NCBI GenBank assembly: GCA_045122195.1
Contig: JBGVHH010000098.1
Span: forward strand, 25,820 to 89,819
Source: Agathobacter sp.
GTDB taxonomy: Bacteria; Bacillota; Clostridia; Lachnospirales; Lachnospiraceae
Direction of reading: 5' to 3'
DNA: 64,000 nucleotides
A model generated the notes under the pieces. The model was given only the letters and a program-made list of their open reading frames with translations. It had not been told where the DNA came from and ran no database searches. The position numbers and the translations under genes are program-made. This document shows positions 19,653-29,256 of the stretch, piece by piece (the first letter of the stretch is position 1; each line of letters opens with the position of its first letter).

Positions 19653-20597
19653 TTATGAGAAGTATACCAGCTCATCTTCAGGCTTATCAGCAGGTTCTAT
19701 TGATATCGGATAAAGTACTGGTCCTTTTCCTTTATACTCTTTTGCAAACTCTACACGAATCTTTGCAGTGATGTTTATCCATGACTTGTGTGGAATGTTC
19801 TCTTCATCATCACATTTACACTTAAATCCAATAAATGTAACATCATCAATACAACATGTCATAGCAAATCTTCCTGGCACCATAACACCTTTTTTGAGTT
19901 TATCAGGATTGTATACAAGTCCAAGGAATTTTACCACCTTGCCATCATATTTCTTATAATTTTCCATCGCATCCATATACCAGATAGCATAATCTGCATC
20001 GGAAAGTTCAATAACATCCTGATTGACATCAAAAGGCAGTTCTTCCGGTCTTTCGTCAATTGTACCATCTTTTCTCTCATAAACAATCTGAGCTTTTCTA
20101 TTGATATTTTTAATCATTCTTCGAAGATGCCCTCTGTCTGTATCATCATCTGTTCTGTTAAAAATAACAACATCACTGGCAAAGACCTGTTCCTGCATCA
20201 TAACTCTCATATTGTTCATATATAAATCAAAGGTTGTAGAGTCAATTGTTGCCAGGGATTGAACTATAACCCAGTTTTTTGGAAGTTTCACTTCCAAAAT
20301 CTTATCAATTCCCCAGGTTCCATTATATTCAATAAAAACCTGTTCTGGTAAATACTCTGAATTAATCTGCTCTAATTTTTCAGCTGTAAAATCTTCTTCG
20401 TTTTCGATGGATGTAAGCTTTACATTTATTGTGTTAAGCTTTGCTTCATCATATTCAACTTCTCCATCTTCGCACATAATAATAAGTCCTTTTGCACCTT
20501 CGCCGAACTCATTTTCAAACAAAGTCTCCTGAACAAGGGATGATTTCCCACTGTCCATAAAGCCTGTAAATAAATATACTGGTATCTCCTGAGCCAT
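19653..20597 (-). CDS. Degenerate CobW-like GTPase fused to a TIGR03943/DUF1980-like C-terminal domain
   Basis: Walker A GFMDSGKS, IEYNG and FNR in the N-terminal part. GRFAMTCCIDD in the C-terminal part. Confidence 0.75.
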   Translation of the reverse strand: MAQEIPVYLFTGFMDSGKSSLVQETLFENEFGEGAKGLIIMCEDGEVEYDEAKLNTINVKLTSIENEEDFTAEKLEQINSEYLPEQVFIEYNGTWGIDKILEVKLPKNWVIVQSLATIDSTTFDLYMNNMRVMMQEQVFASDVVIFNRTDDDTDRGHLRRMIKNINRKAQIVYERKDGTIDERPEELPFDVNQDVIELSDADYAIWYMDAMENYKKYDGKVVKFLGLVYNPDKLKKGVMVPGRFAMTCCIDDVTFIGFKCKCDDEENIPHKSWINITAKIRVEFAKEYKGKGPVLYPISIEPADKPEDELVYFS

Positions 20598-20612
20598 GCT
20601 ATTTCCTTTCTA

Positions 20613-21743
20613 TTAAGCAATTCCAAAAAGTTCTTCAAGTTCATGTCCATGGATATTTGTTCCAATTACTACAAGACGTCCTGTATAATCAGGCTCGCCC
20701 TCTCTAAGTTCATAGTCACCAGGAACCATGTCAAAATAAATCCATTTTCCATCCGTTCCTTCAACCATACCCTTTGCTCGTAATATAGTGTCATCTTCAA
20801 TGAATTTCTTGAGAATTTCTTCAATCTTACTCTTTTCAAATTTGTGAGGAGTCTCCTTCCCCCAGCTTGTAAATACATCATCTGCATGATGATGGTGATG
20901 ATCATGGTCATGACAGCCACATGTGCAGTTCTCGTCATGCTCATGTTCATGATGATGCTCATGTTCATGATGATGCTCGTGGTCGTGATGATGCTCGTGA
21001 TCGTGGTCATGCTCGTGATCGTGGTCATGCTCGTGGTCATGGTCATGACAGCCGCATGTGCAGTTCTCATCATGCTCATGCTCGTGATGATGCTCGTGGT
21101 CGTGATGGTGATTCTTTGCCTCAGCAAGAACCTTCATCTCAAGATTGTCCTGACCCTCAATAGTTGCAAGAATCTTCTCCCCTGTAATCGAATCCCATGG
21201 TGTAGTGATTATTGCAGCTTTTTCATTCAAAGCCTGAATCTGTTTTACACAAAACTCCAACTGTTCTGGTGTAGCATCCTGGCTACGACTTAAGATAACA
21301 GTTGTAGCATATTCAATCTGATTATTAAAAAACTCTCCAAATGCTTTCATCTGCTTGCTTGCTTTTTTAGCATTTACAACAGTGACTAAAGCATTTAATT
21401 TAACATCCTGTTCTTTTTCAATATCAATTACAGATTTCATAACATCAGAAAGCTTTCCTACTCCTGATGGCTCGATAAGAATACGATCCGGATGATATTT
21501 AGAGATTACTTCATTTAAATTAGTTGCAAAATCTCCAACAAGTGAACAACAAATACATCCAGAGTTCATTTCTGTAATTTCAACTCCGGCATCTTTTAAG
21601 AAGCCTCCATCAATTCCAACTTCACCAAATTCATTCTCGATAAGAACAATCTGCTCTCCCTTAAAAGCCTCATCAATCATCTTTTTAATAAATGTTGTCT
21701 TTCCTGCTCCGAGGAAACCAGATATAATATCAATCTTTGTCAA
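20613..21743 (-). CDS. CobW/COG0523 family metallochaperone GTPase with His-rich insert
   Basis: GFLGAGKTT, ENEFGE, GCICC, IEPSGVG, LRAKG, LVVIG and a long His/Asp/Glu tract. Confidence 0.93.
   Translation of the reverse strand: MTKIDIISGFLGAGKTTFIKKMIDEAFKGEQIVLIENEFGEVGIDGGFLKDAGVEITEMNSGCICCSLVGDFATNLNEVISKYHPDRILIEPSGVGKLSDVMKSVIDIEKEQDVKLNALVTVVNAKKASKQMKAFGEFFNNQIEYATTVILSRSQDATPEQLEFCVKQIQALNEKAAIITTPWDSITGEKILATIEGQDNLEMKVLAEAKNHHHDHEHHHEHEHDENCTCGCHDHDHEHDHDHEHDHDHEHHHDHEHHHEHEHHHEHEHDENCTCGCHDHDHHHHHADDVFTSWGKETPHKFEKSKIEEILKKFIEDDTILRAKGMVEGTDGKWIYFDMVPGDYELREGEPDYTGRLVVIGTNIHGHELEELFGIA
20886..21110 (-). repeat. His-rich low-complexity tandem repeat with duplicated HEHEHDENCTCGCHDHDH
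   Basis: Near-identical gtcatgacagcc(a/g)catgtgcagttctc copies near 20907 and 21042, separated by short His-codon tandem units. Confidence 0.9.
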
Positions 21744-21778
21744 TTTAATTCACTCCTTTTTCTTTTCAACTAGGTCTT

Positions 21779-21807
21779 ATTTTACTCGCAAATATTAGTT
21801 TATGCAA
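21779..21807 (-). promoter_or_regulatory. Putative sigma-A promoter of the cobW pair
   Basis: Minus strand TTGCAT-N17-TAAAAT. Confidence 0.5.
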
Positions 21808-21808
21808 A

Positions 21809-23539
21809 CTATTTATGCATATGATACAATTTCTCATATATTCCACCTTCATTAAGCAATTCTTCATGTGTACCAGACTCAGCAATTCCTTCATCTGTCA
21901 GCACCAGAATTCTCTCGGCGTTTTGTATTGTGGTAAGTCTATGAGCTATAACAAAGGTTGTTCTATTATAAGCTAATTTTTCCAAAGACTCCTGAACCAC
22001 TTTTTCGCTTTCATTATCCAAAGCTGATGTAGCTTCATCAAAAATAAGAATAGGTGGATTTTTCAAAAACACTCTTGCTATTGATAATCTCTGTTTTTGT
22101 CCACCTGATAACTTTATTCCTCTCTGCCCTATGTCAGTATCATAACCATCCGGAAATGACATAATAAACTCATGTGCATTTGCATTTTTTGCTGCTTCAA
22201 TTACTTCCTCTCTTGTAGCATTTGGCTTTCCATACGCTATATTATCAAAAATAGTTCCTGAAAAAAGATATACATCCTGCTGTACCATTCCAATCTGGTT
22301 TCGAAGGCTTTTTAAGGTTACATCTCTAATATCAATCCCATCAATAAAAATTGCACCATCTGAAACATCATAAAATCTTGGAATAAGTGAACAAAGCGTT
22401 GATTTTCCTGCACCAGAAGATCCAACAAGTGCAATGTATTCTCCGGCAGATACAGATAAATTTATATTACTTAACACTTCTTCCACACCATCATTATATT
22501 TAAATGAAACATTCTCAAATCTTATATTGCCTTTGATATTACTGAGTTCAACCGCATCTTCTTTATCTTTTATTTCCGGTTCAAGATTCATTATTTCCCT
22601 AAAACGTTCAAAACCAGAATATCCATTTTGGAATTGCTCAGTAAAATCTACAAGTGTCTTAATTGGTTCAGTAAAAACACCAATATAAAGTAAAAAAGTA
22701 ATTAAATCACTTATTGGAAGACTTTTGTTTGCAATCAAGATACAGCCTGCTATTATGACATTTACCTGAATAAGGGTTGTAAAAATTCCCACACCTGACT
22801 GAAATAGTCCCATATAGAGATAACTGTTTTTCTTAGCTCTTAAGAATCCATCATTACCAACTTTAAACTTTGCATTTTCTATATCTTCATTTGCAAAGGA
22901 TTTTACCACTCTGATTCCCGATAAATTGTCTTCTATCTTTTCATTAATTTCTGCAATTTTTACTCTATTGCGCTTAAACGCCCGTCGCATTCTTTTGTTA
23001 AGTAAAAATGCAAATGCAAACATAAACGGTAACACAATAAATGCCGCAAGAGCAAGCCATTTATTGATTCGAAGTAAAATTACCAGTGCACCAATTATCT
23101 TTAATAATGAAAGAACCAGATTTTCCGGACCATGATGTAAAAGTTCTGTAATATCAAATAAATCAGACGTAATTCTGCTCATTAGCTGTCCTACTTTCGC
23201 ATCGTCATAAAACGAAAAAGAAAGCTTTTGCATGTGGGCAAATATTTCTTTTCTCATGTCATATTCCATCTTAGCTCCCATGACATGTCCATAATTTCCG
23301 ATAAAAAATCTACTAAATAAATCTATAATTAATAAAACAGCCAAGAATAAACCTATATATACAATTTGTCTGATAATTGTATTTGTTTCTTCATATATAA
23401 GTGTGGACGTCACATAGCGGACAATAAGCGGTATCGTAAGTGCAACTGCAGCAGATAGCGCCGCAAAAAACATATCAGCCCAAAACATTTTGATGTATGG
23501 CTTATAATAGCTTAACATTTTCTTTAAATTATCACTCAT
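21809..23539 (-). CDS. ABC exporter, fused permease/ATP-binding protein
   Basis: Multiple TM helices, GSSGAGKST, LSGGQKQR, IFDEATSALD, IAHRL. Start set to MSDNLK after GAGGTG. Confidence 0.93.
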   Translation of the reverse strand: MSDNLKKMLSYYKPYIKMFWADMFFAALSAAVALTIPLIVRYVTSTLIYEETNTIIRQIVYIGLFLAVLLIIDLFSRFFIGNYGHVMGAKMEYDMRKEIFAHMQKLSFSFYDDAKVGQLMSRITSDLFDITELLHHGPENLVLSLLKIIGALVILLRINKWLALAAFIVLPFMFAFAFLLNKRMRRAFKRNRVKIAEINEKIEDNLSGIRVVKSFANEDIENAKFKVGNDGFLRAKKNSYLYMGLFQSGVGIFTTLIQVNVIIAGCILIANKSLPISDLITFLLYIGVFTEPIKTLVDFTEQFQNGYSGFERFREIMNLEPEIKDKEDAVELSNIKGNIRFENVSFKYNDGVEEVLSNINLSVSAGEYIALVGSSGAGKSTLCSLIPRFYDVSDGAIFIDGIDIRDVTLKSLRNQIGMVQQDVYLFSGTIFDNIAYGKPNATREEVIEAAKNANAHEFIMSFPDGYDTDIGQRGIKLSGGQKQRLSIARVFLKNPPILIFDEATSALDNESEKVVQESLEKLAYNRTTFVIAHRLTTIQNAERILVLTDEGIAESGTHEELLNEGGIYEKLYHMHK

Positions 23540-23576
23540 ATCAGTCACCTCATGCTTAGTCATCATGCATAGTATG

Positions 23577-23610
23577 TAAAAAAGAACTACCGACATGCGG
23601 TAGTTCTCCT
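23577..23610 (-). terminator. Intrinsic terminator of rpsU
   Basis: Minus strand AGAACTACCG-catgt-CGGTAGTTCT followed by a T run. Confidence 0.85.
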
Positions 23611-23617
23611 TAAAGCA

Positions 23618-23794
23618 TTAATTAAATTTTCTTTTTCTAGCAGCTTCAGATTTTTTCTTACGCTTTACGCTTGGTTTCTCATAATGCTCACGCTTACGAA
23701 TCTCCTGCTGGATTCCTGCCTTTGCGCAGTTTCTTTTGAATCTACGTAATGCGCTATCTAAAGTTTCATTTTCTTTAACTATAACACTAGACAT
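23618..23794 (-). CDS. rpsU: 30S ribosomal protein S21
   Basis: [21 protein letters not shown]...[33 protein letters not shown]. Confidence 0.97.
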   Translation of the reverse strand: MSSVIVKENETLDSALRRFKRNCAKAGIQQEIRKREHYEKPSVKRKKKSEAARKRKFN

Positions 23795-23877
23795 AATCTT
23801 AAACCTAACCTCCCTCCAGCTGTGTAATTTGTGCATCAACTGTTAGGTACTATACTTACATAATTGCACTAAAAATT

Positions 23878-23905
23878 ATTTTAACAATTTTTTACTGTTT
23901 GTCAA
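23878..23905 (-). promoter_or_regulatory. Sigma-A promoter of rpsU
   Basis: Minus strand TTGACA-N16-TAAAAT with an extended TG. Confidence 0.65.
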
Positions 23906-23940
23906 TAGATTTTCTTTATTTTTGCAAAAAAATAAGAAAA

Positions 23941-26601
23941 TTATTTAATCATTGCCTCTAATGCAGCTTTTGCTTCAGTAATAGCATCAGGAATACCAGC
24001 CGGATTTTTACCACCAGCCTGAGCCATATTTGGACGTCCTCCACCGCCACCGCCTACTTTTGAAGCGATTGCCTTAATAAGATTTCCAGCATGCGCGCCC
24101 CTGTTCATTGCTTCATCTGTCGCCATAGCTACAAGATTTACTTTTCCATCACATGAAGAAGCAAGTACAATAACACCCTGACCTAACTTCTCTTTCAATG
24201 AATCACCTAAATCTCTAAGGCCATTCATATCTACACCATCAACGTTTGTAGCAAGCAATTTTACTCCGCTAACTTCAACTACCTGGTCCATTACATCTCC
24301 AAGTGCATCTTTTGCAGCTTTGCTCTTAAGAGACTCGTTTTCACTCTGCAATGCCTTCATCTCAGCCATAAGGTGCTCAAGTCTTTCAACAAGTTTAGCT
24401 GGAGTAGTTTTTACAACTTTTGCAGCCTCGTTAAGTTCCTCTTCCAATTTTGCATAATATGCAAACACATTGTCACCTGTAATAGCCTCAATACGTCTAA
24501 CTCCGGCAGCCACACCACTCTCTGAAAGAATCTTGAAAGCACTAATATCAGCGGTATTTTTTACATGTGTTCCTCCACAGAATTCCTTTGAAAAATCAGA
24601 CATTGAAACAACTCTAACTGTCTCACCATATTTCTCTCCAAATAAAGCCATAGCTCCAGTCTTTTTTGCCTCTTCTACTGTCATAACATCAGTTCTAACT
24701 TCAATAGACTCGGCAATTTTCTGATTTACAATATCCTCAACCTTCTTGATTTCCTCAGTAGTCATAGCTGAAAAATGAGAAAAATCAAAACGTGTTCTCT
24801 CACTATCCTGGAATGAACCAGCCTGCTCCACATGAGTTCCCAAAACTTCACGAAGTGCCTTCTGTAAAAGATGTGTTGCAGAATGATTCTTACATGTTTT
24901 TGCTCTTAAAGAAGCATCTACCATAAGTGTAACATCTTCTCCAGAACGAATCATTCCCTCTGACACATATCCCACATGAGCATATCTGTTTCCAACTACT
25001 TTAACTGTATCCTCTACAATAAAAGTACCATTTGCTGACTTGATAATTCCTTTATCTCCCTGCTGTCCACCCATTGTAGCATAGAATGGTGTAACCGGAA
25101 CGATAATAGACCCTTTATCTCCATCAGACAATGCCTCAACCACTTCCTTATCCGTTGTAAGGAACGCAATCTGAGTTTTTTCTTCTAACTTGTCATATCC
25201 AACAAAATCTGTAGTAATATCTGATTCTATTTCATTGTAGACATCTGCATCTGCGCCCATGTAATTTGTCTCCTTACGAGCACCTCTTGCAGTCTGTCTC
25301 TGTTTCTCCATACAGTCATTAAAGCCCTTCTCGTCATAAGAGAATCCTTTTTCTTCAAGAATCTCTGCTGTAAGGTCAATAGGGAATCCGTATGTATCAT
25401 AAAGCTTAAATGCATCCTCTCCAGAAAGAACTTTCTTTCCTTCTTTCTGCATAGCCTCTTCCATATCAGCTAAGATACCAAGTCCCTGATCTATAGTCTT
25501 TGCAAACTTTTCTTCTTCCTGAGTAAGAACTTTAAGAATAAAATCCTTCTTCTCCTCAAGCTCTGGATATCCATCCTTGCTCTCATCAATTACAACCTGA
25601 GAGATTTTTGCAAGGAACGTTCCATCAATACCAAGCATCTTTCCATGCCTTGCTGCTCTTCTAATAATTCGACGAAGAACATATCCACGGCCTTCATTAC
25701 TTGGCATTACACCATCAGAAATAAGGAATGTAGATGAGCGAATATGGTCTGTAATAAGTCTGATTGAAATATCATCAATAGAATCAACCTGATATTTCTT
25801 TCCTGATAACTCACATACTTTGTCACGTATTGCTTTCATTGTATCAATATCAAAAACAGAATCAACATCCTGCATTACAACAGCAAGACGCTCAAGACCC
25901 ATTCCTGTATCAATATTCTTATTCTCTAATTCTTCATATCCACCATGTCCATCTCCGTTGAACTGTGTAAATACATTGTTCCAGACTTCCATAAATCTGT
26001 CACACTCACATCCAACCTTACATCCTGGGTCACCACAACCGTATTTTTCTCCTCTATCGTAGTAAATCTCAGAACATGGACCACATGGACCTGCACCGTG
26101 CTCCCAGAAGTTATCACATTCACCAGTTTCAGGGTCACGATAGAATCTGGTAATTTTCTCAGCTGGAACCCCTACTTCTTTTGTCCAGATATCAAAAGCC
26201 TCATCATCCTCTCCATAAATTGAAGGATATAAACGTTCTGGATCAAGCTCTAAAACTTTTGTCAAGAACTCCCATGACCAGGCAATTGCCTCATGTTTGA
26301 AATAATCTCCAAACGAAAAATTTCCAAGCATCTCGAAAAATGTAAGATGTCTTGCTGTCTTTCCCACGTTCTCGATATCACCTGTTCTTACGCACTTCTG
26401 ACATGTTGTAACACGTTTTCTAGGTGGAACTTCCTGTCCTGTAAAGTATGGTTTAAGCGGCGCCATACCTGCATTTATCAGAAGCAAACTGTTGTCATTG
26501 TGTGGTACCAATGAAAAGCTCTTCATTGCAAGATGCTCTTTGCTTTCAAAAAATTCAAGGTACATACGACGTAACTCATTTACACCATAATTCTTGCTCA
26601 T
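23941..26601 (-). CDS. alaS: Alanine--tRNA ligase
   Basis: NAGM, QKCVR, RHLTFFEMLGNFSFGDYFK, IDTGMGLER, NHSATHLL, EFCGGTHV, GVRRIEA, GGGGGRP. Confidence 0.98.
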   Translation of the reverse strand: MSKNYGVNELRRMYLEFFESKEHLAMKSFSLVPHNDNSLLLINAGMAPLKPYFTGQEVPPRKRVTTCQKCVRTGDIENVGKTARHLTFFEMLGNFSFGDYFKHEAIAWSWEFLTKVLELDPERLYPSIYGEDDEAFDIWTKEVGVPAEKITRFYRDPETGECDNFWEHGAGPCGPCSEIYYDRGEKYGCGDPGCKVGCECDRFMEVWNNVFTQFNGDGHGGYEELENKNIDTGMGLERLAVVMQDVDSVFDIDTMKAIRDKVCELSGKKYQVDSIDDISIRLITDHIRSSTFLISDGVMPSNEGRGYVLRRIIRRAARHGKMLGIDGTFLAKISQVVIDESKDGYPELEEKKDFILKVLTQEEEKFAKTIDQGLGILADMEEAMQKEGKKVLSGEDAFKLYDTYGFPIDLTAEILEEKGFSYDEKGFNDCMEKQRQTARGARKETNYMGADADVYNEIESDITTDFVGYDKLEEKTQIAFLTTDKEVVEALSDGDKGSIIVPVTPFYATMGGQQGDKGIIKSANGTFIVEDTVKVVGNRYAHVGYVSEGMIRSGEDVTLMVDASLRAKTCKNHSATHLLQKALREVLGTHVEQAGSFQDSERTRFDFSHFSAMTTEEIKKVEDIVNQKIAESIEVRTDVMTVEEAKKTGAMALFGEKYGETVRVVSMSDFSKEFCGGTHVKNTADISAFKILSESGVAAGVRRIEAITGDNVFAYYAKLEEELNEAAKVVKTTPAKLVERLEHLMAEMKALQSENESLKSKAAKDALGDVMDQVVEVSGVKLLATNVDGVDMNGLRDLGDSLKEKLGQGVIVLASSCDGKVNLVAMATDEAMNRGAHAGNLIKAIASKVGGGGGGRPNMAQAGGKNPAGIPDAITEAKAALEAMIK

Positions 26602-26617
26602 TGTTTATTATCTCCTT

Positions 26618-26758
26618 TTATTCCTCTGTTTGAGCAGCTTTCTTTGCGTCTTTTGATTTGCGAAGCTTATATCCTACAAAACCTCCACAAACACCAATTG
26701 CTGCCAACGCGATAAAAATTATCACATATTGTAAAATACACATTAAAAAATCACCCAT
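26618..26758 (-). CDS. Small single-pass membrane protein (46 aa), not in ORF track
   Basis: MGDFLMCILQYVIIFIALAAIGVCGGFVGYKLRKSKDAKKAAQTEE. Strong SD AGGAGG. Stop abuts the alaS SD. Confidence 0.75.
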   Translation of the reverse strand: MGDFLMCILQYVIIFIALAAIGVCGGFVGYKLRKSKDAKKAAQTEE

Positions 26759-26800
26759 TACAAAATCCTCCTATCTTGTATCTGAGTACAAACTTAATTA

Positions 26801-26829
26801 ATTATAAATTAACTTTACAAATAATTCAA
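26801..26829 (-). promoter_or_regulatory. Putative sigma-A promoter of the small ORF-alaS unit
   Basis: Minus strand TTGAAT-N17-TATAAT. Confidence 0.55.
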
Positions 26830-27584
26830 TAGTTCTCCTCAATTGGAAACACTTGATTTTCTCTTGAAATATCAATTATTCTGTCACTCAATGCTTTATT
26901 GGTTAATCTCTTTTTATATTTTGCAATCCCCGAATAATCCTTCCACATATGCATTGGAAAAATAAATTCCGCATCTGTATTTCTCACAAAATAATCAATT
27001 GCATCAGCCTGGTGTACATTAAGTCTTGAATCCATTGGAACAAAAGCCAGATGAATAGGCTTGTCCGACAACCTATTAATTTCATGCCGGTAGGCTTTCC
27101 TTTGTCGGCCATTTATTAAATCTCCAACACCTTCCCAGGTCCAGTCATTTAAATCCCCTGCATGAAAAATATACACACCATTCACATTAATATAGAAAGC
27201 CACCCCTGCGTCCGTTGATTTTAGTGTAGTAATTTCTATATCATCAACCTTATAATTATTTGAAGGACTAACAAAAGTAACTCTCTCCCTAACCTGTGGA
27301 TCTATTCCATGCTTCTTGAGAAAATTAGGACTAATCTTTATATCCTTTGAGAAAATATATTTGATATTTTTATATTTTTCCGTCCATCGAAGAGTATCTA
27401 AATCATAATGATCCTTGTGGCAGTGACTTGCAAAAAGATATATTGGAGTATCTTCACTATAAGTCGGTATATTACCTTTAAAATCATAACTATCAACTTT
27501 ATTTCCATCAAAATAATCAAATATCAAAACCATCTGATCTAATTCTACCAAAAAACAACTATGATGAATAAATATAACCTGCAT
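26826..27584 (-). CDS. MBL-fold metallo-hydrolase
   Basis: HSCF, SHCHKDH (HxHxDH), HAGD, PMH. Start MQVIF after GGGAGG. Confidence 0.88.
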   Translation of the reverse strand: MQVIFIHHSCFLVELDQMVLIFDYFDGNKVDSYDFKGNIPTYSEDTPIYLFASHCHKDHYDLDTLRWTEKYKNIKYIFSKDIKISPNFLKKHGIDPQVRERVTFVSPSNNYKVDDIEITTLKSTDAGVAFYINVNGVYIFHAGDLNDWTWEGVGDLINGRQRKAYRHEINRLSDKPIHLAFVPMDSRLNVHQADAIDYFVRNTDAEFIFPMHMWKDYSGIAKYKKRLTNKALSDRIIDISRENQVFPIEENY

Positions 27585-27686
27585 ATTTCCTCCCAAAAGT
27601 AAAAAACTGTAACATTCGCGCCAGTAATACTGACGCGAAATAATATAATCTAATCTCAAGATATTCTAACACATTTTTATATAAAA

Positions 27687-29168
27687 CTATATAATTATTA
27701 ATATCATCCCCCCATTACTATCATTTACAATTTTTTGCATAGTATCCTGAAGTTTTATCTGACATTCATCATCCATCTGAAGTATTTTATTTCTAATTCC
27801 ATCCTCCATCAATTCTCCAATTGATTTTCCAAAAATATTTGTACCCCATACTCCACTTCCATTATTTTCCCCATCTTTAATATAAGATATTAGATCCATT
27901 GCCTGATCTTTATTCCCAACAATTGGTGCAATTTCAGTTTCAATATTGGCACGAATCATATGTATTGATGGAGAAATAGCTTTCATTTTTACGCCATATT
28001 TATTTCCATGGGCTATCAAAACAGGATCTTCCATCGTAATATCATCAAGTTCTGGCATAACAACACCATATCCCTTTTGTGAAACAGCTTCAAATGCATC
28101 TTTAACTTTGTCATATTCATTTTTTATTTTTGTTAAATCAAGTATTAACTTTATAAGTTGTTCTTCACTTTCTATTTTACAACCTGACAATCTGGAAATA
28201 TTCTCATAATAGTATGAATCATCTATATCAATTCTAACTCTAATTACTCCAGTTGATAAATCCGTCTTTTCAACCATAAAGCCTTTAACAACTTCGTCTA
28301 AGGAATCTTCATAGTCATATTCTGATAAATCTGTCATTTTTGATACATTATTCAAAAATGACCTTGCAATATCGAATACTTTTTGTTTTATTGGTAAATC
28401 ATTATCTAATATCTCTACCCATTTAGGAATATTGTATTCAATCTTTGTAATATTAAATTCCATTAATATTCTTTCGATAATACTAAGACAATCCTCCTTG
28501 GTAAGGGAAGAACAATCCTGAGTCATTACTGTCACTTCATATTCTTTTTCAAGCTTATCCCTTAACTCTATAGTTTCTTTAGATAATGGATTTTTTGAAT
28601 TAATAACTACAACAAAGGGTTTGTTTGCACTTTTTAGTTCATCTACAGTCTGTCTTTCTGCATTTTCGTAACTACTTCTTTTAATATTACCAATCGTTCC
28701 ATCAGTTGTAACTAGTACCGCAACGGTAGCATGTTCAGTTATTACCTTCTGCGTCCCTATTACAGCTGCCTCTTCAAATGGAACATCATCTGTAAACCAT
28801 GGTGTCTTTACCAGACGATCCTCATCACCTTCAGAATACCCAAAGGCATCACTTACTGTAAATCCAACACAGTCAATCATTCTAATTTTTGCTTCACTAC
28901 TATCATCAAGGCTAATTGTAACCGCTTCCTGTGGAACAAATTTGGGTTCTGTTGTCATAATGGTTTTCCCTTGTCCTGACTGCGGTAATTCGTCAATTGC
29001 CCTGTTTTTCGAATATTCATTTTCTATTTGCGGCAAAACACATTGCTCCATAAATTTTTTTATGAATGTAGATTTTCCTGTTCTTACAGGTCCAACCACA
29101 CCAATGTATATTTCGCCGTTTGTTCTACACTGAATATCTTTATACAAATCAAACTCTCTATTATTCAT
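27687..29168 (-). CDS. spoIVA: Stage IV sporulation protein A
   Basis: IYIGVVGPVRTGKSTFIKKF, DELPQS..GKTIMTTEPKF, IDCVG, TPW, VTTDG, APIVG. Confidence 0.96.
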   Translation of the reverse strand: MNNREFDLYKDIQCRTNGEIYIGVVGPVRTGKSTFIKKFMEQCVLPQIENEYSKNRAIDELPQSGQGKTIMTTEPKFVPQEAVTISLDDSSEAKIRMIDCVGFTVSDAFGYSEGDEDRLVKTPWFTDDVPFEEAAVIGTQKVITEHATVAVLVTTDGTIGNIKRSSYENAERQTVDELKSANKPFVVVINSKNPLSKETIELRDKLEKEYEVTVMTQDCSSLTKEDCLSIIERILMEFNITKIEYNIPKWVEILDNDLPIKQKVFDIARSFLNNVSKMTDLSEYDYEDSLDEVVKGFMVEKTDLSTGVIRVRIDIDDSYYYENISRLSGCKIESEEQLIKLILDLTKIKNEYDKVKDAFEAVSQKGYGVVMPELDDITMEDPVLIAHGNKYGVKMKAISPSIHMIRANIETEIAPIVGNKDQAMDLISYIKDGENNGSGVWGTNIFGKSIGELMEDGIRNKILQMDDECQIKLQDTMQKIVNDSNGGMILIII

Positions 29169-29197
29169 AAAAAAATACCCCTTCCTCATATATCCTA

Positions 29198-29226
29198 TAT
29201 ATATGGGAAGAGATATTCTTTTATGA
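29198..29226 (-). promoter_or_regulatory. Sigma-E-type promoter of spoIVA
   Basis: Minus strand TCATAAA-N14-CATATATA fits the sigma-E consensus. spoIVA is sigma-E dependent in studied Firmicutes. Confidence 0.65.
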
Positions 29227-29256
29227 TTCCATTTTCATTATATTGGATTATTTTTT

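Noticed and set aside
20886-21110. Repeat region as a possible CRISPR array
   Set aside because: Repeats are in-frame codon repeats with no unique spacers, and there are no cas genes.
20669-21293. Alternative-frame ORFs of 152, 149 and 80 aa rich in M/T/I/V or HAR repeats
   Set aside because: Shadows of the His-codon repeat in cobW, which lacks stops in other frames.
21780-21808. Zur/Fur box upstream of cobW
   Set aside because: Only a loose GCAAAT...TTATGC symmetry that does not match a consensus I can support.
26602-26825. T-box upstream of alaS
   Set aside because: No GGTGGxACC motif or terminator. The space is occupied by a small ORF.
27615-27640. Hairpin TTCGCG-CCAGTAATACTGA-CGCGAA as an ncRNA
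   Set aside because: More simply a terminator-like hairpin downstream of spoIVA. No further structure is evident.
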